Part shown: piece after piece, positions 1 to 10,156 of the stretch
Position numbering within the stretch: the first letter of the stretch is position 1
Layout: every line of letters starts with the position of its first letter
Assembly (NCBI GenBank): GCA_036337435.1
Contig: JAYZEG010000020.1
Location: forward strand, 1-64,000
Reading direction: 5' to 3'
Source: Myxococcota bacterium
GTDB taxonomy: Bacteria > Myxococcota_A > Bradymonadia > UBA7976 > UBA1532
Length of the DNA stretch: 64,000 nt
Position numbers and translations under genes: made by a program
The notes under the pieces: model-generated
Told to the model about the DNA's origin: nothing
The model's database searches: none
Seen by the model: only the letters and a program-made list of their open reading frames with translations

Positions 1-2
1 TT

Positions 3-1421
3 GTCGATAAAAAACTCAAGTTGTTCGTGGTTGCGGACGGGATGGGTGGGCATGCAGCGGGTGAGGTTGCATCATCGGTGGCTGTCCACGAAGTGCGACG
101 TGTTTTATCCGATGGCCGCGACGTCATTGAACAATACAGACGTGATGAAACAGCGACGAACCGCGAGGCTGTTCTCGACCTGATAGAGCGCTCGATCGAG
201 AGTGCGTGTTCGAAGGTCTTTAGATTGGCCGAGGAGGATGCCAGCAAAAAAGGCATGGGCACAACGCTGAGCCTTTTCCTTGTCGCAGGCAGTCGTGGTT
301 TCATCGGTCACGTGGGTGATAGCCGAATTTATTTGGTACGCCGTTCAGGCGTTCACCAGTTGACTGAAGACCATTCTCTCATCAACGAGTTGATCAAGCG
401 TGGGCGTCTTAAACCTGGAGATGTCTTCGATAGCCCATACAAGAACGCGGTTACGCGCGCAGTCGGGGTCTACGAAAAGGTCGAAGTTGATGCCTTCGAC
501 ATCGACGTCCTCCCAGAAGATGGCTTTCTCCTTTGTAGCGACGGCCTCAGTTGTTACCTCGATGACGAAACCACCCGTCGCTTCATGATGGCCGATGATG
601 TGAAAACCATTCCTGATGACCTCATCGGCCTGGCGAACGATTGCGGTGGTAAGGACAATATCACCGCCATTGTTGTTCGCATGCTCGCAGGGGAAGTGGA
701 CGTTCCACAAGAACGGGTCACTATGGTCCAGCGAAAGACGACTGCGTTACAGGCCCAGCCCCTCTTTCGATATCTAAATTACGGAGAGATCGTCAAAGTC
801 CTTAACCTGTCTAAACGCGAGACTCTCGAGACAGGAGATGTCCTATTCGCAGAAGGAGACCAGGTCTCTACGATGTTTGTTGTGTTGGCGGGACGGCTGC
901 AAGTCACGTCCGGTACAAGGCGTTTGAAGGAATTGACGGATGATGCGTTCATCGGCGAGTCAATTCTGGTTGATTCATCGCCACAGACGAAGACCATTAT
1001 CGCTCTGGAAAAAACCGATGTCTTGGTCATGGAACGCGATGCGATCCATGCCTTAATGATGAATCAGTCAAAACTGTCATGGAAGATTTTATGGAGTCTA
1101 ACCCAGCAGCAAACCATGCGATTGAAGCGGTCTGGCCAACTCGTCCACAATATGTCGAAACAGATTCAGCGGCTCGCTCACGAGGGCAACCAAGCAGTCC
1201 CTGAAATCGATCTAGATCCCATTATTCATGAATTGCCAATGACCGAATTTGGCCCGACTTACGAAGTGATGCCACCCTTCGCCCAAGGCGATTCAGAACG
1301 TGGGACCGACCCGATGGTCGATCGGCGCCATGACTCGGAAAACGAGTCTATGGACGACTCGACTCCAGCGGCTATAAGTGAGCGTGGACCCACACGTGAC
1401 ATCCGGCCGAAGACCAATTAG
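3..1421 (+). CDS. PP2C/PPM-family Ser/Thr protein phosphatase with C-terminal cyclic-nucleotide-binding-like domain (5'-truncated by window edge)
   Basis: Motifs VADGMGGHAAGEVAS, GMGTT, HVGDSRIY, LTEDHS, LCSDGL, GKDNIT. C-terminal LFAEGD...FVVLAGRLQV...FIGE cNMP-type fold. Frame is open back to position 3. Confidence 0.92.
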   Translation, partial: VDKKLKLFVVADGMGGHAAGEVASSVAVHEVRRVLSDGRDVIEQYRRDETATNREAVLDLIERSIESACSKVFRLAEEDASKKGMGTTLSLFLVAGSRGFIGHVGDSRIYLVRRSGVHQLTEDHSLINELIKRGRLKPGDVFDSPYKNAVTRAVGVYEKVEVDAFDIDVLPEDGFLLCSDGLSCYLDDETTRRFMMADDVKTIPDDLIGLANDCGGKDNITAIVVRMLAGEVDVPQERVTMVQRKTTALQAQPLFRYLNYGEIVKVLNLSKRETLETGDVLFAEGDQVSTMFVVLAGRLQVTSGTRRLKELTDDAFIGESILVDSSPQTKTIIALEKTDVLVMERDAIHALMMNQSKLSWKILWSLTQQQTMRLKRSGQLVHNMSKQIQRLAHEGNQAVPEIDLDPIIHELPMTEFGPTYEVMPPFAQGDSERGTDPMVDRRHDSENESMDDSTPAAISERGPTRDIRPKTN

Positions 1422-1464
1422 GACAGGGCACAATCCAAATTGGCATGTGGCTCAACCTTCGCTC

Positions 1465-1493
1465 TTGCAATCCTTATTTTTCATTTCTATGGT
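1465..1493 (+). promoter_or_regulatory. putative sigma70-type promoter
   Basis: TTGCAA-17 nt-TATGGT, ending 37 nt before the ATG at 1531. Confidence 0.45.
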
Positions 1494-1530
1494 CTGCCCT
1501 CAATTTTGAGCAGATCGGACAGAGGGCAGT

Positions 1531-2241
1531 ATGGCACGCACGGCAAAATGGACTCTGGCAACACTACTGGCAACGACCTGGATGAGGCTGGCATTGGGTC
1601 TCATCGGTCTGTTGTGCTTGGCTTTGGTCGTTGGGAACAAGGGGCAAGCGCATGGCCCAACGACCCACGGGACACTGGTCTTCTCAGATGATTTTGAACG
1701 CGCCTCAGTCAGCGAAAACTATCGAGTTGGCACTCCGGATTTAGGCCATAAAGCGGGTACATGGACAATCGAAGATGGCCGCCTGAAGGCTGTGAAAATT
1801 CACAATGCAGCGTTGTGGCTCAAGCAGGAATTACCTCAGTCTGTGCGTATTGAATTCACAGCCAAGGCACACAGCGATGAAGGTGACATTAAGGCCGAAG
1901 TCTTTGGCGATGGACGAACACACCAGAGCGGCTATATTTTGCTCTTCGGCGGCTGGAAAAATTCCGTGAGGGCGATCGCTCGCTTGGATGAGCATGGAGA
2001 AGACCGAAAAAACGATAACCGTTGTCAGGTGCGCGGTGGCCGTCGTCGGTGTGTTGAGAAAGGGGTTGATTACAAGTGGACTATCGAGCGCACAGACCAC
2101 GTTTTAAAGTGGTATATCAACGACCGTTTGTTGCTGACCTATCCCGACCAACATCCCGTTCAAGGCCGGCATTTTGCTTTCAATAATTGGGAGCCAGAGG
2201 TGAGTTTTGACAATCTTAAAATCTTCGACTTGGACCGTTGA
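1531..2241 (+). CDS. secreted or membrane-anchored protein, probable concanavalin A-like (LamG-type) beta-sandwich
   Basis: N-terminal hydrophobic segment; FSDDFER start and VSFDNLKIFDL end typical of ConA-like domains; GAGGG SD upstream. Confidence 0.6.
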   Translation: MARTAKWTLATLLATTWMRLALGLIGLLCLALVVGNKGQAHGPTTHGTLVFSDDFERASVSENYRVGTPDLGHKAGTWTIEDGRLKAVKIHNAALWLKQELPQSVRIEFTAKAHSDEGDIKAEVFGDGRTHQSGYILLFGGWKNSVRAIARLDEHGEDRKNDNRCQVRGGRRRCVEKGVDYKWTIERTDHVLKWYINDRLLLTYPDQHPVQGRHFAFNNWEPEVSFDNLKIFDLDR

Positions 2242-2359
2242 TTCGGGTTCATTCCATCCGGACAAAACGCTGAACACGACTCTGTGACACAAAGTCTTGC
2301 GGCGACGGGCATTCCCGTGCTACAAGCCCACAACTTCGCCGTAAAAGTTTATTTCGATG

Positions 2360-2389
2360 AAGGCTCCTACACGGGGCTTTTTGTGTTTT
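2360..2389 (+). terminator. weak intrinsic terminator or attenuator in the rimP-nusA leader
   Basis: AAGGCTCC-tacac-GGGGCTTT stem with two G-U pairs, followed by TTGTGTTTT, 11 nt before rimP. Confidence 0.55.
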
Positions 2390-2400
2390 ATGGGCCGTAA

Positions 2401-2922
2401 ATGACCGTGGATATGCCACAAGAGAATCGTTGGATTGGCGGTGCTGAGCAGATCGTACCGAAGCGGGTTCGAGAAGCGATATTGCCAATTGTCGACGAAT
2501 TTGATCTCATCTTGGTTGGCGTGGAGCTTGCCCAGGAAGGGCGACGAACGATTCTCTGGGTCTACATCGATAGTGAAGAGGGTGCGTCCTTGGAGCATTG
2601 CGCCAAACTGGCACCCGAGCTGTCGGCTGTCCTCGATGTGGTCGATCCGGTCGTAGAAAGTTATGAAATGAGGGTCTCGACGCCCGGGTTGGACAGACCC
2701 CTGATGCGAGCACTGGATTTCATCGAATACAGCGGCCACGAGGCGTCGATTCTGTTATCGACCCCCCTGCGAGGTCGTCGAAAGTTTACGGGCGTGGTCA
2801 TTGGTTATGAAGACGGTGCGGTTCTCATCAAATGCAGCGATGGGGAGCATCGAGTACCGATTGAGTACATTCAACGGTCCCGAATTAAGTATGAGATTGA
2901 GATTGGTAAGAAGCGTAAATAA
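2401..2922 (+). CDS. rimP: ribosome maturation factor RimP
   Basis: YEMRVSTPGLDRPL and GRRKFTG motifs; first gene of the nusA operon; start could be the ATG at 2413. Confidence 0.95.
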   Translation: MTVDMPQENRWIGGAEQIVPKRVREAILPIVDEFDLILVGVELAQEGRRTILWVYIDSEEGASLEHCAKLAPELSAVLDVVDPVVESYEMRVSTPGLDRPLMRALDFIEYSGHEASILLSTPLRGRRKFTGVVIGYEDGAVLIKCSDGEHRVPIEYIQRSRIKYEIEIGKKRK

Positions 2923-2948
2923 TTAATACGCGGTAAAGCGAGAGAATC

Positions 2949-4757
2949 ATGGAATTGAACCTAAATCATGTGATCGACCAGGTTTCGAAAGATAAGGGCA
3001 TCGAGCGAGAAGCCCTTCAGGAAACCCTTGAGCAAGCAATTCTACAAGCGGCTAAGAAAGTTTTCGGTTCTGAGCGAGAAATCGAAGCGCAATACAATCC
3101 GGCCGACGGCGTTGTTGAACTCTTTCAAATTATTCGGGTCGCCGATGAAATTGAAGATGCTTACAATGAGCTCACACTCGAGGAAGCCGAGGAACATGGC
3201 CTCGAAGCTGAAATCGGCGACGAGTTACTTTTCCAAATTTTCTACCTCCCGAAAGATACACAAAAGGCTCGCGAGCAGGATGAACGCTACGGTGATATTC
3301 TGCAGCTGAGGGACCGGCGTGGAAGCTTTGGCCGAATTGCTGCTCAGACGGCAAAGCAAGTCATCACTCAGCGGATTCGTGAAGCTGAGCGGGACAATGT
3401 GTTTAGCGAATACATCGACAGACGCGGAGAGCTGATAACCGGCATTGTCCGGCGCTTTGAACGAGGAAATATTATTGTAGATTTAGGTCGTACTGAGGCA
3501 ATTCTTCCGGTTCGCGAGCAAGTACCGAGGGAGTCATATCGACCTGGTGATCGCATCCAGGCCTATGTCTTAGACGTGCAGCGCAATGCCCGTGGACCAC
3601 AGGTCATTTTGTCGCGGACATCCCCTGGGTTGCTGATCAAGCTTTTTGAAATGGAAGTGCCGGAAATCTACGAGGGTATCGTGCGCATTGAGACGGCGGC
3701 TCGAGAACCGGGCAGCCGGGCTAAAATCGCCGTATCAAGTCGTGACCCCGATGTTGACCCAGTGGGTGCGTGCGTCGGGATGAAAGGCTCGCGTGTCCAG
3801 TCTGTGGTGCAGGAATTGCGCGGTGAAAAGATTGACATTGTACCGTACAGCGAAGACCCAGCGCGCTTTGTTTGTAATGCGATTCAGCCAGCAGAGGTCT
3901 CTCGGGTCTTGATCGACGAAGACACCTTTACAATGGAGCTCATCGTACCCGATGACCAGTTGAGCCAAGCAATCGGTCGCCGAGGACAGAATGTGCGTTT
4001 GGCCAGTCAGCTGAGTGGTTGGAAAATCGACATTCATTCGGAGAGTAAGATTATCGAACTGGAACAGGAAGCGCGGCTTGCACTCTGCTCTCTCGATGGC
4101 GTTAATTCAGACCACATCGATACGTTGTGGCGCTTGGGCTATCGCTCGCTGGAACATATTGCCAATACCCTGGAAGAGGAGTTGGCAAGCATCCCCGGAA
4201 TCACTGCAGAAAGTGCTGCTATCATCAGAGCTGGCGCAGATGACTTACTGGCTCGCCGTGAGGCGGGTGAGGATATTCGCCCAGCGGCCATTTATCCTGA
4301 TGGTTACGATCCCGAAATTGAATGGGCACGTTGGCCAGGTGATGAAGAATTGCTGAACCGAGACACCTTTGATCGGTGCGTTCGGGCTGGATACTTCACG
4401 CTCGAGGACGTCGCAAACCAGGACTCATCGGAAGCATTCGCACGTGTTTTGGATGGGGATGTCGACAAGGCTGTTGCCGTGATTTATGCAGCCAAGGATG
4501 CACTCGCTGACCTCAGAAATGCCTCGGCGAGCTACGGCCAAGTTGACGCAGCTGAAGACGGTGAGAGTGCCGGTGCGAGCGCAGACACTGAAGAGGACGC
4601 AGCTCAGCCAGATGTTGCCGCCGAAAACGCGGGTATTGCGGCGGACGCCGTCGAATCCCAAGCGGCCGACGTCGATGACGCCACTGTCGTTGATGAGCAT
4701 GCGGCAATTTTAGGACTTGGTGCGGACGATGATGAGGAAAAGGCGGGGGAACAGTAG
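2949..4757 (+). CDS. nusA: transcription termination/antitermination factor NusA with acidic C-terminal extension
   Basis: [14 protein letters not shown]1 domain, KH motifs [15 protein letters not shown] and [12 protein letters not shown]. Confidence 0.98.
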   Translation: MELNLNHVIDQVSKDKGIEREALQETLEQAILQAAKKVFGSEREIEAQYNPADGVVELFQIIRVADEIEDAYNELTLEEAEEHGLEAEIGDELLFQIFYLPKDTQKAREQDERYGDILQLRDRRGSFGRIAAQTAKQVITQRIREAERDNVFSEYIDRRGELITGIVRRFERGNIIVDLGRTEAILPVREQVPRESYRPGDRIQAYVLDVQRNARGPQVILSRTSPGLLIKLFEMEVPEIYEGIVRIETAAREPGSRAKIAVSSRDPDVDPVGACVGMKGSRVQSVVQELRGEKIDIVPYSEDPARFVCNAIQPAEVSRVLIDEDTFTMELIVPDDQLSQAIGRRGQNVRLASQLSGWKIDIHSESKIIELEQEARLALCSLDGVNSDHIDTLWRLGYRSLEHIANTLEEELASIPGITAESAAIIRAGADDLLARREAGEDIRPAAIYPDGYDPEIEWARWPGDEELLNRDTFDRCVRAGYFTLEDVANQDSSEAFARVLDGDVDKAVAVIYAAKDALADLRNASASYGQVDAAEDGESAGASADTEEDAAQPDVAAENAGIAADAVESQAADVDDATVVDEHAAILGLGADDDEEKAGEQ

Positions 4758-4797
4758 CCCTATTGGCTTGTTCACCACCTGAGGTATAGGACGTGAA

Positions 4798-5403
4798 ATG
4801 AGCGGTAGACAGCGTCCATCAGGAGCAGAGCTTAAGGGCATGCGTTCTTGCATTGGTTGCCGGCAACGGTTTCCAAGGGAGACGCTGGTGAGGCTCGTCT
4901 TGGCACCCGATGGCACCTTGGCTGTCGACCGCTATTTAAAGGCACCTGGACGCGGTGCTCATGTATGTTACTCAATGAGTTGCATCGAATCGGTGCAGAA
5001 CTCGAAAGTTTTGAGTCGCGCGTTCAAAAAATCGGTACCCGCAGCTGATGCAGCGAGGCTCCGAGGAGACATATTGGCGTCTACCGATGCACGAATCACA
5101 GATTTGTTGAGCATCGGTCGACGGGCTGGTTGGACAGTATCAGGGACGGATACATTGATGCGTTCTTCCAGGCGGCTAAAATTGCTGATTTTGGCGACGG
5201 ATGCGGCGGATGATTCGAAGCGGAAGTTGCTGAACGCAGTTGTTGACGAGGCCTGCATCGTCGTTACATATGGTGATGCAGACCATCTGGGTCGGACCCA
5301 GATGAAAGATAATCGAGTGGCAATCGGTGTCAGTCATGGCACTATGGCGACTCGATTAAAGTTAGAGATCGAACGTCGTAACCAACTTTTGGTTGCGACC
5401 TAG
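4798..5403 (+). CDS. ylxR: YlxR/DUF448 RNA-binding protein fused to an L7Ae-like (YlxQ-type) domain
   Basis: RSCIGCR and GRGAHVC motifs; C-terminal LLSIGRRAG..VSG..LILATDA L7Ae-like pattern; position between nusA and infB. Confidence 0.85.
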   Translation: MSGRQRPSGAELKGMRSCIGCRQRFPRETLVRLVLAPDGTLAVDRYLKAPGRGAHVCYSMSCIESVQNSKVLSRAFKKSVPAADAARLRGDILASTDARITDLLSIGRRAGWTVSGTDTLMRSSRRLKLLILATDAADDSKRKLLNAVVDEACIVVTYGDADHLGRTQMKDNRVAIGVSHGTMATRLKLEIERRNQLLVAT

Positions 5404-5467
5404 TTGTTAATGTCGTTAGAAGACCGAGGGTCCATCGGTTGGCGATGGACATGAGGCGGGTAGAGAC

Positions 5468-8200
5468 ATGGGAAAAAAAGTCTTCGAAGTAGCAAAAGAG
5501 CTTGGTGTTGATCACCGCGAGCTGCTCAAGAAGTGCGATGCACTGAACATCGATGTGCGCAATTATATGTCCGTGCTGAGTGATGATCAGGAACAAAAAC
5601 TCCGCGGGAGTTTGGGCGGCGGTGCCAAGAAGGTCGTCGAAAAAGTCCAAGCGCCCGGTGTTGTGCGTCGGCGTCGGGCGGCTAAGCCTGCGAAAGATGC
5701 GAGGCCGATGGGGTTGAAACCACGCTCTGTCGTTCCGGCCATTCGCAAAGCTGCGCCTGCTGAGCCAACCCAAGCCGAACCGGCCGAGGAGACGGTTGCG
5801 ACGCCGGATGTGACCACCGCCGCAGCATCACCGACTCAGGATGCCAAGTCAGCAGTGGCTGCACCTGTCCCGGCCGACCCAGAGAAGGCAGCAACTTCGA
5901 GCACGGACACTGCGGCGGGCGAGTCGCCAGAAACGGCTGCAACTGATGCAGCGGGGGCCGCTGAGCAGCCCCCCGCGAAAGCACCTGCGCCAGCGCCGAC
6001 GCCAAGTGCGAAGATTCGGAAACCAACCGGGGCTGACGGTGCAAAGGTCTTGGGGTCCATTCCAATCGAACAGCTGCAGCAACGGACAGCGAAGCCGACT
6101 CAAAAACGAGCTCCCGGGCCGCGAGCACACAGCGGTCGGGGACAAGAACGACAACAACAGAATCGAGGTACTGAGTGGGATCCGACTCAGATGGCGGGCA
6201 ATATGCCGCCACCACCGCCTCCGAGCGACACCGGACGGCGGCGTCGAAATGTGGGCCAGAGTCGGGAGGTAGAAAAGGCAGATACACCGAGGCGAAGTCA
6301 GACTCGCCGCCGGCAGGTCTACAGTCGCGAGGATATCTACAGCGGCTCACAAGCCCGCCCTGGTCGAGGTCGAAAGCGTAAGACCTCGTCAAAGAAGGGG
6401 GCGAAGACCCTCATCACGACGCCCGCGGCTCACAAGCGGGTGGTGCGGATGAACGAGACCATCAGTGTCGGCGACCTTGGTAAAGCACTCGGTGTAAAGT
6501 CTGCAGAGTTGATCGCGAAGTTAATGGCCATGGGCACGATGGCAACCATTAATGAACAGCTAGACATCGACACGACGACGTTGCTGGCAACAGATTATAA
6601 TTACGAAGTTAAGAATGTCGCTTTCGACGAGGAAAACGTCCTTTCAGGGCCCCAATCTCAAGAGGTTTTGGAAGATGATCCGGACGCCGTGGCTCGCGCG
6701 CCTGTCGTCACGATCATGGGCCACGTCGACCACGGCAAAACGACGCTCCTAGACAGCATTCGTTCCGCGCAAGTCGCTTCTGGTGAGGCGGGTGGAATTA
6801 CCCAGCATATCGGTGCCTATAAGGTGCCCGTTGGAGACAAAGAGGTCGTCTTTTTGGATACGCCCGGCCATGCCGCATTCACAGCGATGCGTGCTCGTGG
6901 TGCCAGCGTCACGGACATCATTGTTCTGATCGTAGCGGCCGATGATGGTGTGATGCCGCAAACTGAGGAATCTATCAATCATGCCAAAGCCGCGGGTGTA
7001 CCGCTGGTTGTCGCCATCAACAAATGTGACAAACCTGATGTCGATCCAGAGCGGATTAAACAGGAATTGACCCAGTTCGAACTCGTGCCGGAAGAGTGGG
7101 GAGGGGACACCATGTTCGTTCCTATCAGTGCGCTCAAGGGAGACGGCCTGGAAGACCTGCTTGAGGCACTGTCGCTTCAGGCGGAGGTGCTCGAGCTCAG
7201 AGCCAACCCGAAGAAGGAAGGTTTCGGCAGTGTGATCGAGGCGAGGATGGCCAAGGGTCGAGGTAATGTATGCACCGTCTTGGTCCAGGAGGGCACACTG
7301 AAGAAGGGCGACTTCATCGTTGCCGGCAGCCATTACGGTCGCGTGAGAGCGATGCTTACCAATACGGGAGAGCAGCTGAAGACAGCGGGTCCGTCTACGC
7401 CCATTGAGGTCCTCGGTCTTGGCGGACTCCCTGGGGCGGGCGATACTTTTCACGTCGTCAAGAACGAAAAAGATGCCAAACGAGTGATTGAATCCCGAGC
7501 ATCCAAGACTCGTGCCGCCGCGGCGACCGCAAAGGAAGCGGTCGATCCAATGGATATGTTGGCCGCCTTTAATGCACCGGAGAAGGAGAAGCAAAACATC
7601 ATCCTCAAGTCCGATGTTGCCGGGTCGTATGAAGCTCTCAAAGTTGCTTTGGAACAGTTGTCAACCGATGAGGTGGAAGCCAAGTTGCTACACGGCGGTG
7701 TTGGTCCGATCACCCAGTCTGACATCGACCTCGCATCGGTCTCAGACGCAGTTGTTCTGGCGTTCAACACAGACATTGATCCGAAAGCAAAGCGGCTGGC
7801 TGATCAGGCGGGTGTATCGGTGCTCAAGTACTCGGTCATCTACGATCTGATCGACAGTGTCCGAGATCTAATGAGCGGCTTGTTGGCGCCGGAAATTTCG
7901 GAGGAATACATCGGTCGCGCCGAAGTCAGAGCGGTTTTCCATATCCAAAAGGTTGGGGCAATCGCAGGTTCAGCTGTCACCGACGGAAAGATGCTACGAA
8001 ACTGCCTCATTCGCGTGAAACGTGATGGTGAAGAACTTCTGTCTGGGAAGCTGCACACTCTCAAGCGGTTCAAAGACGATGCTAAGGAAGTGGCGAGCGG
8101 GTACGAGTGCGGTATCGCCGTTGATGGCTACAAGGACATCAAAGAAGGCGATTTACTTGAAGCCTATGAGGTCATTGAGACCCAGAGGCAAATTGATTAA
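5468..8200 (+). CDS. infB: translation initiation factor IF-2
   Basis: [21 protein letters not shown] GTPase motifs; C-terminal [17 protein letters not shown]. Confidence 0.99.
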   Translation: MGKKVFEVAKELGVDHRELLKKCDALNIDVRNYMSVLSDDQEQKLRGSLGGGAKKVVEKVQAPGVVRRRRAAKPAKDARPMGLKPRSVVPAIRKAAPAEPTQAEPAEETVATPDVTTAAASPTQDAKSAVAAPVPADPEKAATSSTDTAAGESPETAATDAAGAAEQPPAKAPAPAPTPSAKIRKPTGADGAKVLGSIPIEQLQQRTAKPTQKRAPGPRAHSGRGQERQQQNRGTEWDPTQMAGNMPPPPPPSDTGRRRRNVGQSREVEKADTPRRSQTRRRQVYSREDIYSGSQARPGRGRKRKTSSKKGAKTLITTPAAHKRVVRMNETISVGDLGKALGVKSAELIAKLMAMGTMATINEQLDIDTTTLLATDYNYEVKNVAFDEENVLSGPQSQEVLEDDPDAVARAPVVTIMGHVDHGKTTLLDSIRSAQVASGEAGGITQHIGAYKVPVGDKEVVFLDTPGHAAFTAMRARGASVTDIIVLIVAADDGVMPQTEESINHAKAAGVPLVVAINKCDKPDVDPERIKQELTQFELVPEEWGGDTMFVPISALKGDGLEDLLEALSLQAEVLELRANPKKEGFGSVIEARMAKGRGNVCTVLVQEGTLKKGDFIVAGSHYGRVRAMLTNTGEQLKTAGPSTPIEVLGLGGLPGAGDTFHVVKNEKDAKRVIESRASKTRAAAATAKEAVDPMDMLAAFNAPEKEKQNIILKSDVAGSYEALKVALEQLSTDEVEAKLLHGGVGPITQSDIDLASVSDAVVLAFNTDIDPKAKRLADQAGVSVLKYSVIYDLIDSVRDLMSGLLAPEISEEYIGRAEVRAVFHIQKVGAIAGSAVTDGKMLRNCLIRVKRDGEELLSGKLHTLKRFKDDAKEVASGYECGIAVDGYKDIKEGDLLEAYEVIETQRQID

Positions 8201-8225
8201 GCGACTTGACTAAGGCCGTCTCTCT

Positions 8226-8603
8226 ATGTCTAGAGCGTCATTTAAGCGAACAGCGCGTATCGCGTCCCTGATTCGAGAAGTCTTAGCTGAACAGCTCCAG
8301 ACCAGCGTCAAAGATCCGCGCCTTCAAGGGATTACGATCACCGAAGTAGAAGTGTCGGGAGACCTCAGAGAGGCGAAGGTCTATTTCGTTTCAAGTCGCA
8401 AAGATTATAATCAGGACGACGTACTCGATGGCTTATCGAGGGCATCCGGCTATCTACGCAGGTGTTTGGGAGAGCGTGTGAGCCTTCGCGTGACACCGTC
8501 ACTTAATTTTGTCATCGATGAATCCTTAGAGTACGGCGCGCGCATCGAATCGCTGATCCGCGAAATAAACGAAGGTCGTACGGACGACGATGACGATTTG
8601 TGA
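8226..8603 (+). CDS. rbfA: 30S ribosome-binding factor RbfA
   Basis: KDPRL..ITITEVEVSGDLREAKVY and LRVTPSLNFVIDES; synteny. Confidence 0.97.
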   Translation: MSRASFKRTARIASLIREVLAEQLQTSVKDPRLQGITITEVEVSGDLREAKVYFVSSRKDYNQDDVLDGLSRASGYLRRCLGERVSLRVTPSLNFVIDESLEYGARIESLIREINEGRTDDDDDL

Positions 8604-9502
8604 CGCTGTCAGTGGATGGCCTAATACTGATAGACAAACCCAGCGGTCCGACGAGTTTTGATGTCGTTGCGCGGGTACGGCGTAGTCTTGGAGTCAAAAG
8701 GGTCGGACACACGGGAACCCTTGACCCATTAGCATCGGGCCTGATGGGGATCTTAGTTGGTCGAGCGACCAAGCTATCCCCATACCTAACGATGGCAGAT
8801 AAAGGTTATGAGGCTGTCATCAGGCTCGGACAGACGAGTAATACCTACGACAGCCAAGGTGAGATTACAGAGGTTGCGAACGAGGGAGCGTGTGCTCGAA
8901 TCGATCGCTCAATGATCGAAACTGTTTTGGCTGAATTTCGTGGTCAGATAGAACAGGTTCCGCCGATTTTCTCAGCCATAAAGATTAAAGGGGAACGGGC
9001 GTACGCCAAAGCGCGTCGTGGCGAAATTTTGGATATGCCTGCCCGGATGGTCCGGGTTGACCAACTCGACGTCTTGGGTTTTGACGAAGGCCACCTCACG
9101 GTTTCAGTTTCCTGTTCAAAAGGAACCTACATCCGAAGCTTAGCTCATGATATCGGCCAACGTCTTGGGGTCGGTGGCGTCATGACCGCACTCAGGCGGA
9201 CACATGTCGGACAGTGGTCCATTTGTGAGGCGACATCGTTGACGGATTTTTGTGAGCTTGACCCTGCGCTACAAAGGACCAAGTTGGTCAGTATGTGGTC
9301 CGTTCTGTCAGACTTGCCGGTCTTTGAATCAAAACCCGATGAGATCTGGAAGATACGAAACGGAGTTCGCTTCGCGGTCTCGCAGCAGACAAACCCTGGG
9401 CGTTACCGTGTCGCCGACGAAGACGGCGGCTTATTGGCGATTGTCGCCGTGGATGATGCACGCATGGTCAAAGTTGAGCGGGGGATGCCACCGAGGGGAT
9501 AG
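8600..9502 (+). CDS. truB: tRNA pseudouridine(55) synthase TruB
   Basis: DKPSGPTS, GHTGTLDPLASG, CSKGTYIRSL; GTGA overlap with rbfA. Confidence 0.98.
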   Translation: MTLSVDGLILIDKPSGPTSFDVVARVRRSLGVKRVGHTGTLDPLASGLMGILVGRATKLSPYLTMADKGYEAVIRLGQTSNTYDSQGEITEVANEGACARIDRSMIETVLAEFRGQIEQVPPIFSAIKIKGERAYAKARRGEILDMPARMVRVDQLDVLGFDEGHLTVSVSCSKGTYIRSLAHDIGQRLGVGGVMTALRRTHVGQWSICEATSLTDFCELDPALQRTKLVSMWSVLSDLPVFESKPDEIWKIRNGVRFAVSQQTNPGRYRVADEDGGLLAIVAVDDARMVKVERGMPPRG

Positions 9503-9590
9503 TTATTGGACCACTTTTGAGGTCTTGGACCAGCGAGAAACCTTGACTAATCGGCGGAATACAGGTAGACCCCGCCGGAACCATCAATTG

Positions 9591-9621
9591 ACCGGGGCTG
9601 AACGACGGCTCGGCCCACGGT
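9591..9621 (+). promoter_or_regulatory. candidate rpsO (S15) leader hairpin
   Basis: ACCG-GGGCTGA...TCGGCCC-a-CGGT stem upstream of the GGAGG SD (9639-9643); a possible promoter TTGACT-17-TAGACC lies at 9543-9571. Confidence 0.5.
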
Positions 9622-9649
9622 GTCACCTTTTCCGTATTGGAGGGAAATT

Positions 9650-9919
9650 ATGCCGCTCGATAGAGATTTAAAAGCTGAGATTATCAGCGAGTATAAGTTA
9701 GACGACGGGGATACAGGATCGCCTGAAGTTCAGGTTGCTTTGTTAACTCGTCGAGTTCAGGATCTCACGGAACACTTGAAGATCCATAAGCACGACCATG
9801 CATCGCGCGTCGGCCTTAAGAAGTTGGTTGGTCAGCGGACTCGACTTCTCAAGTACGTGAAGCGTAAAGATGTTGAGCGGTACCGTAAGCTCATCAAAGC
9901 ACTTGGTCTGCGACGCTAA
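9650..9919 (+). CDS. rpsO: 30S ribosomal protein S15
   Basis: [36 protein letters not shown] at 9650 follows GGAGG. Confidence 0.99.
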   Translation: MPLDRDLKAEIISEYKLDDGDTGSPEVQVALLTRRVQDLTEHLKIHKHDHASRVGLKKLVGQRTRLLKYVKRKDVERYRKLIKALGLRR

Positions 9920-9928
9920 TTTTTTTTT

Positions 9929-9957
9929 GGGGGGGAGAATTCCCCCCTCTTTTTTTT
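9929..9957 (+). terminator. intrinsic terminator after rpsO
   Basis: GGGGGGA-gaat-TCCCCCC stem followed by TCTTTTTTTT. Confidence 0.85.
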
Positions 9958-9960
9958 GGG

Positions 9961-10118
9961 TGCGAGGGCAACGAGACGATGCTCGGTCTTCGCACATTAC
10001 ATGAACCGAGTCCTGCGCCGATCCAATAGAGGTAGGCGCCTCTGGAACTGAGCAATGGTCATGACGCTTCGTGACCATTGCTCAGGAACCGAGGCGCAAC
10101 GTTTCGGATAAGGGCTCG
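9961..10118 (+). promoter_or_regulatory. structured pnp 5' leader (probable RNase III processing stem)
   Basis: 17-bp stem 10048-10064/10069-10085 with one G-U, extended by GCGCCTC/GAGGCGC and CGAGTCCT/AGGGCTCG; a second hairpin at 9961-9994. Confidence 0.7.
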
Positions 10119-10156
10119 CTCACGACGCCGACCTGTTGTCGGTAAAGGAGTGTCAA

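Noticed and set aside
1448..1463. sigma54-like TGGCTCAACCTTCGCT upstream of the 1531 gene
   Set aside because: Mismatches to consensus, no enhancer seen, and a sigma70-type promoter fits equally well
6749..7594. 281-aa antisense ORF (and similar long shadows at 5682..6392 and 14632..15396)
   Set aside because: Lie wholly within infB or the kinase-like gene, have no recognisable motifs, and are explained by codon bias or low complexity
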